Virus record (IMG/VR): IMGVR_UViG_3300028591_000094
Coordinates: 96,001 to 160,000 of that record
Length of the DNA: 64,000 nt
Direction: 5' to 3' (one strand)
From: a virus
Lineage: Duplodnaviria; Caudoviricetes
Under the pieces are notes generated by a model. It was not told where the DNA came from, did not search any database, and worked only from the letters and a program-made list of their open reading frames with translations. The position numbers and the translations under genes are program-made. Of this stretch, positions 20,827 to 31,284 are shown piece after piece. The first letter of the stretch is position 1. Each line of letters opens with the position of its first letter.

Positions 20827-23800
20827 TTAGTTTACATAGTTTACAGTTTCCTCAGTAAAACTCCAGTGTGAGTTATTAATTAATTCATCTTCAGTTGATA
20901 TAGTACCATCTTGAGTGAAAGCGCAACAGTATTGAATACCTGTTATATCAGTTATCCAGACTCGTTGTCCTGCGACCAGGTCAATCGGTGTAGTTGGTGG
21001 GACAGTCACTTTAATTGACACGATATTCCACGATACAGTATAACCCGTCCTGTCTGTACCGCTACTACCGTTCCAGTCTGTGTACCACTTATTCTCAATA
21101 CTAACAACATTCGTATCTGGTTCTAGTATATTTATGTTTTGGCTGTATAAAACAGACTCACCATCTCTTATTTCAAAGGTAAATGGATAATTGACCAAAT
21201 TTTTCAGCTCGTGTATATCAGCAATATCATTGTCGCCAACCATTTTAAAATGGTCTTGGTCTGTTGCATCTGGTGATTTATATGTTTTGATTCGAGGTGT
21301 TATATATATATCTTGTTTGTATGGTGTAAACGATGTACCAAAATTATTGTAATCTATATTTGCAATACTCCTTAATCCGACAGTCTCAAAAATAGGCGAA
21401 ATGAGACGGTTGTTTCCATTTTCATTTTCATATTCAACAACGGCAAAGAACTTCCCCGTTGGTGGGTAATTTCGAATATCCAAGTTGCACGGGAACTGTT
21501 GTTCGGTTTTATAATCAACACGATTCGACCAGCTTGTCTCTGTTGAGTATAAGTCACATACATCCAATCTAGTGTTTGGTTCGTATATCTGAGGTAGTGT
21601 TGTATACCTATATTGACCAGCTATGCTCTGTAGTTCATCCAACGGATAGAGCAATGTGTATTCATCAACAGATTCATCACCTGCTTTTACATAGGAATAT
21701 ACAGCAATATTTCCTCTGATATTATCAGGATTGGTTAATGACAAATGCAGTTCGTCAGGGTCGTCAATATAATATTTGTGAGAATGCAAGAATTTTGTCC
21801 CCTCGAATGTGATGGCGTTGCTATCTAGGTATTGAGTGTAGCTGTTGCCGTATCCGTCGTTAGATGTAAACGAATTGCTACCGTTTTCTATTTGAGTATA
21901 TTGGTATGTTGGAGTGTAATTTGAGTTATACACATATTCACCGTAAATCGCATCGTTTGTTCCATTACCGCAATATATTAACTGGCGAATTTCGCTATCC
22001 TCGATAGTCGACTGTTCGGTCACCGCAACACTGAAATTATTCTTAACTATATTGGGGTGGTGTGACAAACTGTTACAACAATACCCAGCGGCAAATCCGT
22101 TCATATTGATGTACTGTGGGTCAGTCAAAGTCGTATTACCACCATCCATATACAATGGTATGTCGTTGAGCGGATGCCAAACACGAACAAAACTGAGATA
22201 TAATGGTTTGTTAAGGAAGTGTACACCGAACAGCTTGTCAATTCTTACCTGGTCTGGGTATCCCGACTGTTCATTGTCAAAGTTATTTATACCTTCACTT
22301 ATCGAAGCTGACGGTAAAGCTATATTGTTATTATCCTTTATTGCAACATAGTATGGATATTTATAGTTATTGTTATTGTCCATGTACGGTGTGTATACCC
22401 AAACGTCATTCACCAATGTTTTCATGAGTGTTGGAAGATAGAATACAGTTTCATTTTCTTCTAATCCAGCATCCAGGATAAACTTGACTCCAAGTGTCGG
22501 GTCTTGTGTTGGGTTGCTGTTTGGAACATCCACTCGCCCAATTACCAAGTATTTCACTGGCGGCTCGTTTGAACGATAAGTTACCCGTAACTGTGTATTT
22601 TCTTTTCCAATACGCAATGCGCCTTGTAACTGTTTCGAGAACTCTTTTCTCATTTCGACCACCCTGTTTAGTTCCGCTATAACATCCAATATCTCCTTGG
22701 TTGTTAAACCTTGGAAATCAGAATATGCATTATCCAGATAGTTTAAAGAGCCGTTTATATCCTCGGTAACAATAACCTCGTGTGTGTCTATGGTTTCGTA
22801 GTCAGTTCTAACGTAACTATCCAGTTCGATAATGATTCGGCGCATCAAATAAACCGTGTCTTGGGTTTGGTCTACTGTGTGAATACATGATATTTGCGGA
22901 TATGCGCCATCCCCCCAGGCATTGGTGATTTCACCCCACCAGTCGCTGTTAATACAGTAGTCGGCTGTCCATGTGTATGGTGTTGAACAATCAACACCAG
23001 ACCAAATGTACGACGCACCGTTACCATCATAATCATCACCCAATGCGATAGCGGTATTCTTAATAATTTCCAAATCCGTCGATATTTCCAGAGTGTCGAT
23101 GGGATGGGCTGAGTTGTTATAATAGTAATGACCTATATTGTCAACATCATCCCAGCCATACAGGTTACCCCCATATGTCATATTTTCCAAACTAATATAA
23201 GAGACTCCGTTTTCGTTCCAACCACTTCTGAAGTTCCTTATGTTGTCATAGTCAATACCATTAATATACATATTGAACAACATTTCGGACACCAAGACGA
23301 CTATTTTTGTTGAATTTCCACTGTCTTCATATATATCCGTTTCAGTTTCACATCTCTGAGTTATTGTTATTTCGTATTGCTGGGTACCATATGGTACGCC
23401 GAAATAATATTCACGCCTAGTTTCATTATAACCTAAATATCCGCTTCCGCTGCTAATAGGTATTGAATTGGTTACTATAACATCACACCCATTGTATGTG
23501 TCACCAAAAAATGTGCTATTTACAGGTCGTAACTCTATCTTGAAATTAGATACGTCAGCGTCGATATTTCTTACAATAATATAGCCCCCAATATCCCTAA
23601 CAACCTCTTGAATCTGGGTATCTATACCACCTTGGTTGGCGATGGCGGCAAATGTTTGTGTCCAATCAATCTGGTTGGAACTGTCAAGCACCGCAAAACG
23701 GTTTTCTAGTTCACCGTTTTTACACGTAAAAGCATGCGGGTCGGCAATAAAGTTCACTCTCGGGGCCTCGAACGTTATGTCATCCGTGTACTCGTTACCA

Positions 23801-26800
23801 TTACCGTCGGTGATGACAATATCATATGTACTATTCGGTATACATTCGTTTAGGTGAGATATGTTTTGTACGTCATACCAAGGATAATGACTATATCCGT
23901 TTGGCGCGTTTTCGGTACTACCAATGTAAAACTTCTCTTTGGTAACATTATTTATGTAATAAACAATATCAGGGTGGTCACGGTTTATTAATGTAATTGA
24001 AATCGGAGTATCCATATATACATTAAACGCTATATAGCCGTCGCGTATCTCAATGAGTTCCTGACACCATGAATTACCATTAAATGTTATATCATATGCT
24101 GGGACGATATTACTTTCCGTAACACAGTCGCTGAAATATTCTGTGTTAAATTTATCAAGTGCTGTACTACCCTCTTTTAATCCAAAATAAAAATAGAATG
24201 AGTTTTCATATCGCGGTTGCCTTAAACCAGCTGTAACGCCAGACCAGCCACCAACTTTGTGGTCGTGCTCATAAAAATATATTTTTTTATTATGAGTATC
24301 AGCAAAATTAACTTGTTTTTCGTAATTACCATACCTGAAATTCAAATAAGCATCACTTGATTTTTCCAAATTATAGTTGTCCCTGTAATTAGGGTGACCT
24401 CCATTGTGCTCATTACACACACCTGTTTCTGGATGTCCCATTTTACCATCTCTCACGGCACTTGAACTCATTATTTTGAAAAGTGAACCATCAAAATTAT
24501 CAACGTACAGGTGGTTGAAATCATATTCAATTCGTCCAGTGTTTGGATTGTATTTTGTTTTCAAGAAATTACCATTCAGGGTTGCAAACATGCTTCGGTA
24601 ATCCATATCATATATCTCATCATAAGATACAAATCCGTCTGGTGTCAAACGTTTTGTGTAATTATCGTCTATTTTGTCCTCGGTGAGTGGTTCGGTTGCG
24701 CTATTTATAGCATCCATGTCAATGATATCCTGGGACTCATCTAGCGATACACCTAACTCACATATTCTTGACAGGTTGATACATGATTTTGGTTTGGTGT
24801 AATGTTTGAAACAGGTTAGTCCATAAAACAATCCACCTGCATCATATTGTGTTGTGTTATAATTATCACCTTGAGCCCCCTGGTCGCACCCCAAGTCACC
24901 CCAGTCGGCACCTGTAAACTCACTGACTTGATTAATTTTTTTCTCAGTATCCTTTTCATTTTCACTACTACCGTCATTTACCCCACCCTCATCAGACTCA
25001 TTATTATCATAATCTTCTACCAATAAATCTGGCGGCATATTGTACGTTGTACTACTCAACGCTTTAAAAAACTGTGGAATACCATAAATATCACATGAAT
25101 TTAAACTACCCAGTAATACAATGTCTGTTGCATACAACGTAATAGTGTCCTTGTTACCATTCATGTCATAGTAAACTGGTTTGTAATACTGAACTCTGTC
25201 ACCTAACATTGTTTCCTTTTCATATATAATACCCGTTCTTACATGTTGATATGTTCTTGAATATTTATGACATCTGTAACCGTAGCAATTTTTCTCCGTC
25301 TGTTCTTTAAATGTTAAAGTTTCTATTCCTGTATTAGGGTCTTGACTACTTCCGAGAATTGTTCCCGAATCATCTTCTAACGCCTCTATACTGCCCATAT
25401 TATCACCACTGTTAGAAATAAAAGTTCTCCTGGGCACCATTGTATTATATAATTTTAATTTCTTTTTGTATTTGCCTTTCGGCATTAATGTGTTATCGTT
25501 GGCACAGTACTGGTCTTTAGCCTTCCATTTCACGCCGAGAATTTTTCTCTCAGGCTTAATTCTCCTATACCATAACGGAAAATATAATACACCGTTAACC
25601 CAATCGTTATAAAAATTAAACGATGTTACCTCATTCTCCTGAGCTAACTGGTTTTCAATGCAGTTATATACTTGTGCAATAGTCGCGTTAGAACATTCAC
25701 CACACTTATATTCTGTTGCCATAGCTACGTCGTGCCAAACGGTAATTAATTCCTCGGGTAAACCTGGTGCTATGCTATATACATCCCCTTCATCGTTTTC
25801 ACAAATATTGGATAGTTTTATACCACAATGTATTGAATATACTATAACAAAAAAAATCGCACCCAGACCACCAATTTGGTATTTGTAATCGCCTTTGGCT
25901 GTATTAAAATCCCAAGCTTTGACCTCGTTTTTGCATAAACTACCTAAATAATATTCAATGCTAATCTCTGCGGCTAGCTCTGATGGTTCATCCTCTGGAG
26001 TTGCACCATCAACCTCACTTTCCATCCTTTTTTCAGATTTCCATTTCCAGTCACCGTTAATATACTTTCTTCTTTTTGCAAAAATTTTTCTAACTACTTC
26101 TAAGTTACTTGTTAAACTTAATTCCACACACTTTACTCCAGCCTTATAAAAACCTAAACTTATACCCCCGATTATCCTATTCACGAAACTAGTAAGCATT
26201 ACAATAATTTTCATCAGTGTACACAGGAACATGTACGTGAAGTTGAACTTGATTCTGAGGTTGTTGAACGGCATTGGGTTGTTGTCGCCCGAATGATTGA
26301 CCATCTTTATACCCAAGTGTCTCAGATTGTTCGGAAGTCGACTCTTCTGTAGTCTTGGTATATAATTTTTGACAGTGTATACATTGTTCCACATCAGGTC
26401 GCGGAAATTCTCGTTCTTTGTTCTGGAACCGAATTCATAGTCGATAAGTTTGGTTGATGTGAAATCTGGGTATGAATCATCGGTACCACTACAAAGGTGT
26501 GGATTGTTAGGTATGAGATACCTGGCTCTCTTTCTTGCAATCATATCCCCAGGAGAATCGGCCATGTTGACTCTGAAACGTACCCTGGTGCGTGTTGGAA
26601 TACCTTTGTCGGGGTTGTCTGACAGAACCATGTTACCGAACTCGTCGGTTATGATATAATCGAGGTTCATTGGTATCTGGTAGCACCATACACCGTTCTC
26701 GTTGATAACCTTGTCACCCTGCACGGAATACTGTTCAACCTTACCGTCGTAAGTCTTGCGAATCATTTCAATTCTGCCCTCACCAGTCACCAGCTCAGAC

Positions 26801-27642
26801 ATCTTTCCTTGACCTTTGGCAGCAACACAGCGTTTGCTCAACGAGTTCTCACCAGTGTCGGTGATTACACTACCCATAAAGATACAGGTAGGTTCGAACT
26901 TATAGTCAAGATTAAAATCACAGCGGGTGATTGCTGCGTTGGTTGATGTATTAGTTGTATCGCCCCAGAAAGGATAGACATACACACTGTTGTCCTTGGA
27001 CATAATCTGTACAAGGGATGTCAGGTTAGTGTCTTTCTTGAACTTGGTCGGGCTGTCGAACAGGTTTGCGCTGTAGCCCTTATACATCATATCCCTAGGG
27101 GTTTGTGACAAGATACCGATATCGGATAGGTCGACATCCATGTGGATTTGCTGCATACCAACTGGAACACCATATATCATATAGTCGCCAGCATTGTTGG
27201 TTTTGGTTGTATATTTATAGTATTTGTCAAATATCTCAACCCAATCCTGGTTGTCCAGGACAATTCTCTTTGTAGGAAACGTACCTACGTTCTGATGACA
27301 CGCATCGTCGGATTCACTGGGAAGCAGATTGTATTTGATTGTAGCCCCGTATGTATCCTGTGGGGTTGTAAACTGATACAGAAGCCGATGTCTCATATCC
27401 TCGGTACCGTCGTATGGAACGAATACTGAAACCTTGGCGTTAGGTACACCGAAGCCGCCATTGGCTAAAACACGTCCAGCGACAACACCAGTGTTGGATG
27501 CCATAAGACGATAGGCGTTTGTCTGGTCTAAGGTCAGAGACAATATCTCGAATTTTTCAAATGTCTGGTCGAAATTTACATGGACAACCGCGTCCTGGTT
27601 GACTGTGGTTCTAATTCTGTATGATTTATTGTTTTTTCCCAT
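20827..27642 (-). CDS. Giant baseplate/tail-associated protein with N-terminal Ig/carboxypeptidase-regulatory-like domain and hydrophobic segments
   Basis: 2271-aa ORF; GVVAGRVLANGGFGVPNAKVSV...TNNAGDYMIYGVPVG; located next to baseplate genes. Confidence 0.7.
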   Translation of the reverse strand: MGKNNKSYRIRTTVNQDAVVHVNFDQTFEKFEILSLTLDQTNAYRLMASNTGVVAGRVLANGGFGVPNAKVSVFVPYDGTEDMRHRLLYQFTTPQDTYGATIKYNLLPSESDDACHQNVGTFPTKRIVLDNQDWVEIFDKYYKYTTKTNNAGDYMIYGVPVGMQQIHMDVDLSDIGILSQTPRDMMYKGYSANLFDSPTKFKKDTNLTSLVQIMSKDNSVYVYPFWGDTTNTSTNAAITRCDFNLDYKFEPTCIFMGSVITDTGENSLSKRCVAAKGQGKMSELVTGEGRIEMIRKTYDGKVEQYSVQGDKVINENGVWCYQIPMNLDYIITDEFGNMVLSDNPDKGIPTRTRVRFRVNMADSPGDMIARKRARYLIPNNPHLCSGTDDSYPDFTSTKLIDYEFGSRTKNENFRDLMWNNVYTVKNYIPRLQKSRLPNNLRHLGIKMVNHSGDNNPMPFNNLRIKFNFTYMFLCTLMKIIVMLTSFVNRIIGGISLGFYKAGVKCVELSLTSNLEVVRKIFAKRRKYINGDWKWKSEKRMESEVDGATPEDEPSELAAEISIEYYLGSLCKNEVKAWDFNTAKGDYKYQIGGLGAIFFVIVYSIHCGIKLSNICENDEGDVYSIAPGLPEELITVWHDVAMATEYKCGECSNATIAQVYNCIENQLAQENEVTSFNFYNDWVNGVLYFPLWYRRIKPERKILGVKWKAKDQYCANDNTLMPKGKYKKKLKLYNTMVPRRTFISNSGDNMGSIEALEDDSGTILGSSQDPNTGIETLTFKEQTEKNCYGYRCHKYSRTYQHVRTGIIYEKETMLGDRVQYYKPVYYDMNGNKDTITLYATDIVLLGSLNSCDIYGIPQFFKALSSTTYNMPPDLLVEDYDNNESDEGGVNDGSSENEKDTEKKINQVSEFTGADWGDLGCDQGAQGDNYNTTQYDAGGLFYGLTCFKHYTKPKSCINLSRICELGVSLDESQDIIDMDAINSATEPLTEDKIDDNYTKRLTPDGFVSYDEIYDMDYRSMFATLNGNFLKTKYNPNTGRIEYDFNHLYVDNFDGSLFKIMSSSAVRDGKMGHPETGVCNEHNGGHPNYRDNYNLEKSSDAYLNFRYGNYEKQVNFADTHNKKIYFYEHDHKVGGWSGVTAGLRQPRYENSFYFYFGLKEGSTALDKFNTEYFSDCVTESNIVPAYDITFNGNSWCQELIEIRDGYIAFNVYMDTPISITLINRDHPDIVYYINNVTKEKFYIGSTENAPNGYSHYPWYDVQNISHLNECIPNSTYDIVITDGNGNEYTDDITFEAPRVNFIADPHAFTCKNGELENRFAVLDSSNQIDWTQTFAAIANQGGIDTQIQEVVRDIGGYIIVRNIDADVSNFKIELRPVNSTFFGDTYNGCDVIVTNSIPISSGSGYLGYNETRREYYFGVPYGTQQYEITITQRCETETDIYEDSGNSTKIVVLVSEMLFNMYINGIDYDNIRNFRSGWNENGVSYISLENMTYGGNLYGWDDVDNIGHYYYNNSAHPIDTLEISTDLEIIKNTAIALGDDYDGNGASYIWSGVDCSTPYTWTADYCINSDWWGEITNAWGDGAYPQISCIHTVDQTQDTVYLMRRIIIELDSYVRTDYETIDTHEVIVTEDINGSLNYLDNAYSDFQGLTTKEILDVIAELNRVVEMRKEFSKQLQGALRIGKENTQLRVTYRSNEPPVKYLVIGRVDVPNSNPTQDPTLGVKFILDAGLEENETVFYLPTLMKTLVNDVWVYTPYMDNNNNYKYPYYVAIKDNNNIALPSASISEGINNFDNEQSGYPDQVRIDKLFGVHFLNKPLYLSFVRVWHPLNDIPLYMDGGNTTLTDPQYINMNGFAAGYCCNSLSHHPNIVKNNFSVAVTEQSTIEDSEIRQLIYCGNGTNDAIYGEYVYNSNYTPTYQYTQIENGSNSFTSNDGYGNSYTQYLDSNAITFEGTKFLHSHKYYIDDPDELHLSLTNPDNIRGNIAVYSYVKAGDESVDEYTLLYPLDELQSIAGQYRYTTLPQIYEPNTRLDVCDLYSTETSWSNRVDYKTEQQFPCNLDIRNYPPTGKFFAVVEYENENGNNRLISPIFETVGLRSIANIDYNNFGTSFTPYKQDIYITPRIKTYKSPDATDQDHFKMVGDNDIADIHELKNLVNYPFTFEIRDGESVLYSQNINILEPDTNVVSIENKWYTDWNGSSGTDRTGYTVSWNIVSIKVTVPPTTPIDLVAGQRVWITDITGIQYCCAFTQDGTISTEDELINNSHWSFTEETVNYVN

Positions 27643-27874
27643 TAATCCTCTTTAAAATTTTGCTTATATTGATACCGTGTCCAGTTACGAGACAATACAC
27701 GGCGTAGCACACCAGAAAAGGTATACATATAATAAGTAGAGCTGTCAATAAAATTACAATGAAAAACTTTGAGATAAAGTTAGCCGCCAACTGCACTCCG
27801 CGCCGCTCCTCGGTAGCCTCTCCGTCGGCGTATTTCTCGGCTTTCTTAGCCTGTTCTTTACATTTGCATCCCAT
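27626..27874 (-). CDS. Small membrane protein (N-terminal CxC, long hydrophobic segment)
   Basis: MGCKCK...FFIVILLTALLIICIPFLVCYAVYCLV. Confidence 0.7.
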   Translation of the reverse strand: MGCKCKEQAKKAEKYADGEATEERRGVQLAANFISKFFIVILLTALLIICIPFLVCYAVYCLVTGHGINISKILKRINGKKQ

Positions 27875-27921
27875 TTTTGTATAGTATTTTTATTATAATA
27901 TATACATATTTAGGAAAATAA

Positions 27922-27951
27922 ACAAAGGGAGACGACTTTAACCATCTCCCT
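27922..27951 (-). terminator. Rho-independent terminator
   Basis: agggaga...tctccct stem followed by T-rich tract on the minus strand. Confidence 0.65.
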
Positions 27952-27979
27952 CGATATTTGTAAGACTATGTTCGGAACA

Positions 27980-28777
27980 TTATTCCTGTGTCTGGTTCCA
28001 GTTTACTTGACCGCCTGTGCTTGTACTGGCGTTCTGCGACCAGCCTTGGTTGGGCTGAGCCTGTTTATTCTGAGGGGTCTGCTGGTGTGCCTGCTGTTGC
28101 TGAGTTTGTTGCTGGGGCTGTTGGTTTTGCTGACCCTGTTGACCACCCTGTTGGTTCTGTCCACCCATGAGACCTCCAATAATATTTTTACCTGTCTGGA
28201 GAATGTTTCCAAAGGGGTTACCGCCTTGCTGACCGTTACCGCCTTGCTGACCGTTACCGCCAAGCAATCCACCGAGGACGTTGCCAATTCCACCACCGTT
28301 GGAACCGCCGCCCAAGCTACCGATGCCAAGCAGTTGACCAATCATTGACGGGTTAAGGTTTCCGAGTATGCCACCGAGCATGCCTTCATCGATACTTTCG
28401 TTCATAGCACCGTTCATACCGCCGCCCTGTGCAGCCTGTTTCTTTAGTTTAATACTGTTCTGAATTTCGTTACCAAGTGCCATTGCAAACAGTTTCGACG
28501 TAAGAACTCTGTACAAAACACCGTTCTTGTCGAGTTTGAGCAGATTAGCAATCAAATCGACAGCCTTTTTAATCAGTCCGCTGCCAAGTAAACCACCAAT
28601 CATACCGAGACCGCCTTCGTCAACCTCTTCGTTGAGACCGTTGCAGGCAGCGCCGCATTCATTGGTTCCACACTCGTTGGTGCCGCATTCAGCCATTGAT
28701 TCGTTCATAATACGTATGACCGATTCGCTGATTAAGCTATGTAATTCCTTTTCAGTTAGTTTAACAACTTTTTTCAT
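27980..28777 (-). CDS. Putative internal head protein or polyprotein with MKKVxxLTE leader and G/Q/N-rich cargo
   Basis: Leader shared with the 31285 gene; tandem ATATTTAT motifs at 28802-28815; own terminator. Confidence 0.75.
   Translation of the reverse strand: MKKVVKLTEKELHSLISESVIRIMNESMAECGTNECGTNECGAACNGLNEEVDEGGLGMIGGLLGSGLIKKAVDLIANLLKLDKNGVLYRVLTSKLFAMALGNEIQNSIKLKKQAAQGGGMNGAMNESIDEGMLGGILGNLNPSMIGQLLGIGSLGGGSNGGGIGNVLGGLLGGNGQQGGNGQQGGNPFGNILQTGKNIIGGLMGGQNQQGGQQGQQNQQPQQQTQQQQAHQQTPQNKQAQPNQGWSQNASTSTGGQVNWNQTQE
28212..28261 (-). repeat. 18-nt coding tandem repeat (GGNGQQ)
   Basis: ttaccgccttgctgaccg, about 2.5 copies. Confidence 0.85.
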
Positions 28778-28832
28778 TCTTTATGCAATTGTTTTATTAT
28801 TATAAATATAAATATCATTTTGTTTGAAATTG

Positions 28833-30872
28833 TTATCTCTGTTTTACTCTTACACGAATGTCCTTCTCGGGATACTTGATTTCAAACATGGTGTCGATTG
28901 TTCCATACAGGGTCTTGTCACTGTCAAACAAGTCAATCTCGTTTTCATCAGTCTGTCCGCCAAGTGCATTGTAGTGCATCATGTCAGCACATGATTCATA
29001 ATCCACAAGCGACTGGTTAATTTCATCATCGGAATATCCGTCATCGGCACCGACTTTATTATAACAACGCAAGGCAATCATATTTACAACTCCGTCGAGT
29101 TTGGAAATCTCTTTCTCCAAGTCACCAAGGAAAATATCCTCACCCATCAAATGTTTTCTGATGTCCATATAGTCCTGGATAAGCTGTATGATGCGCTGAA
29201 TCACCTCGCTTTTGTCATAAGCTTTGTCGATATAGACGTTGCAGTCGAATGCCAGGTTGATTATCTTTCCAGAACGTATCTCAACAAAGTCGTTAACACA
29301 CTTGTATTCTTTCAGGTATTCCTTCATGTTATCAGCTACCGTTTCGGACAGCGGTGATGAAAGTTTACCCTGATAATCCAGACCTAGAGTGTAGATTACA
29401 ACCTTGTTGTTCTCTTCCACAACACTATATCTAAACGGAGTTCCATATTTCGGATGGATTTGGGACAGCTTACTGTAGTAATCCTTTAAAGTAACGCATC
29501 TGTTTTGCGCAGCTGAATTGTATTTAATTAAATACTTGATTTCCTCATCGGTCGGAGCATCTTTACCTCCATATGACGCTGTTGGGTTGGTGACTGTCAA
29601 GGTGTTCTTCACACTGGCTTTTTTCTTGGCGTCGTTAGGGTCGTTGCAATTACCCTCTATACTCATATTAAGATATGATATGGTTGACAGTGTGTCGGCA
29701 CCGATATTGGAGATTTCACCACCGCCAACGTGATAAAGAACAAACACTGTAGTTCCAGCCTCGGGCAAAACACCCATATAGTCGTTGGCTTCCATACGGC
29801 TCATCATGTATCTGGTAAACTCAGTAGCATCACCAGGTATTTCACCATAATAATTACGAAGTCCAGCGCCGAATATAATCTTAAGTTTTCCTGTGTCGGT
29901 AAATTCTGTTATAAATTTGTTTTTCAAACGTTTCCATTCACCTTGCATTGCGAACCTGATATCTTCGGTCTGTGGGTCACCGTTGTCGTCGATATATTCA
30001 AACGAGTCAATTGCCGTCCATACTGGGTTGTAATAACCGTTGTCTGTATTTTCGTCAACAACATATCCGAAACGATACTGGTCAACGAGGTTGACAACCT
30101 CAAAGTATCTCTGAACGGGCTTACCAGCCTGGTCTTTATACGACTCCAAATCAACATAGAACTCAGCGATTGTCGGGTCGTTGGAGAGACTGGTACCCTG
30201 TTTAACCAATATACTTTCAACGTTACAGATGTCCGAGTCGGTTAAAGTTATCGACATGAACGGTTCAATATCGGCGTTGCTGATAGTTTTACGATATATC
30301 TTGTTATGACCCGCCCGTGCAATACCAAGCTTTTTGTATGTGTAGTTGATAATATTGCCGTTACTGTCCCTGTTGGGAATAATCTGTCGATTTGATATTC
30401 CGTTTTCATCAAACTGGGTGGCAAAATCCATGTCAGCTGTAAGTTCGAAAGTATTTGCTCCATCAGAAAACAAAGTACCGCGTTTCACTTTAGGGCAATA
30501 ACTTTCATCAGGTATTGAAATGGTATTTCCCATGTTGTTTACAGCACTGGTATTCATAGGGATATTGCACGATAATTCAACCTCTACTATAGCACACTTC
30601 GCACCGTCGATTTTTAACCCGTTGGTTCTTGCTATATTCAACAGCGCACCACGGGAAGTACAACTGTCGATGTCGGTTTCCTGATAGTTTCTGTCAATCG
30701 CATTGCTCAGAACATCCGCAACGTCAGCCTGTATGTCAATCAGCCATTGACCGATGCCAGCGTCGTTGTAATTCTGGAATATGTCAGGATAATATTTCTG
30801 ACTTATATCAATCAAGTCGCTTCGAAAATCATCGTAAGTCCTGTCGAGGTATATTAACTTGTTGTCTGCCAT
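28833..30872 (-). CDS. Baseplate wedge subunit (T4 gp6/P2 gpJ-like)
   Basis: YLDRTYDDFRSDL, IARTNG, IIFGAG, GGKDAPTDEEIK...QNRCVTLKDY. Confidence 0.85.
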   Translation of the reverse strand: MADNKLIYLDRTYDDFRSDLIDISQKYYPDIFQNYNDAGIGQWLIDIQADVADVLSNAIDRNYQETDIDSCTSRGALLNIARTNGLKIDGAKCAIVEVELSCNIPMNTSAVNNMGNTISIPDESYCPKVKRGTLFSDGANTFELTADMDFATQFDENGISNRQIIPNRDSNGNIINYTYKKLGIARAGHNKIYRKTISNADIEPFMSITLTDSDICNVESILVKQGTSLSNDPTIAEFYVDLESYKDQAGKPVQRYFEVVNLVDQYRFGYVVDENTDNGYYNPVWTAIDSFEYIDDNGDPQTEDIRFAMQGEWKRLKNKFITEFTDTGKLKIIFGAGLRNYYGEIPGDATEFTRYMMSRMEANDYMGVLPEAGTTVFVLYHVGGGEISNIGADTLSTISYLNMSIEGNCNDPNDAKKKASVKNTLTVTNPTASYGGKDAPTDEEIKYLIKYNSAAQNRCVTLKDYYSKLSQIHPKYGTPFRYSVVEENNKVVIYTLGLDYQGKLSSPLSETVADNMKEYLKEYKCVNDFVEIRSGKIINLAFDCNVYIDKAYDKSEVIQRIIQLIQDYMDIRKHLMGEDIFLGDLEKEISKLDGVVNMIALRCYNKVGADDGYSDDEINQSLVDYESCADMMHYNALGGQTDENEIDLFDSDKTLYGTIDTMFEIKYPEKDIRVRVKQR

Positions 30873-30878
30873 TTAAGT

Positions 30879-31265
30879 TTATATTGTTTGTGATAATTCA
30901 TAATTATGTCTCTCACCATCCTTCTCCAATAATGAATATTGTAGCTTTACATTCAATCCCCTGTTGTCGTCAAACTCCTCAACCTCAACATTGTCAACCT
31001 CACAGTTGGAAACGTATTTCCTCACCTTCTCCTTTACCTCCAACACAACATCATCCCAAGTCTGCTGGTCGTTCGGTTCAAAAAGATATTGGATTAGCTT
31101 GGTTCCAAACAACGGGTCTCTCAACTTCTGCCCCTCTGGAGTGAAAATGAGATGAACCAGCTGGGATTTAACCTCGTCAGCTCGGGTCATATTCATATCC
31201 AGGAGATATTTACCGCTTTTTATCTGACACGGGAACGCTATGCCGAATTTCTGTGTTCTAGCCAT
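30879..31265 (-). CDS. Baseplate gp25/gpW-like sheath initiator
   Basis: GIAFP...VKSQLVHLIFTPEGQKLRDPLFGTKLIQYLFEP. Confidence 0.88.
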   Translation of the reverse strand: MARTQKFGIAFPCQIKSGKYLLDMNMTRADEVKSQLVHLIFTPEGQKLRDPLFGTKLIQYLFEPNDQQTWDDVVLEVKEKVRKYVSNCEVDNVEVEEFDDNRGLNVKLQYSLLEKDGERHNYELSQTI

Positions 31266-31284
31266 TGTTTAATTGTTTATGTGT

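Noticed and set aside
6552-27642. Diversity-generating retroelement targeting fibre genes
   Set aside because: No reverse transcriptase or adenine-variable TR/VR pair was seen in this window; a remote TR cannot be excluded.
27968-28348. Plus-strand Leu-rich membrane ORF and other antisense ORFs in the track (e.g. 42018-42269, 59560-60045)
   Set aside because: These are shadows of low-complexity or long minus-strand genes.
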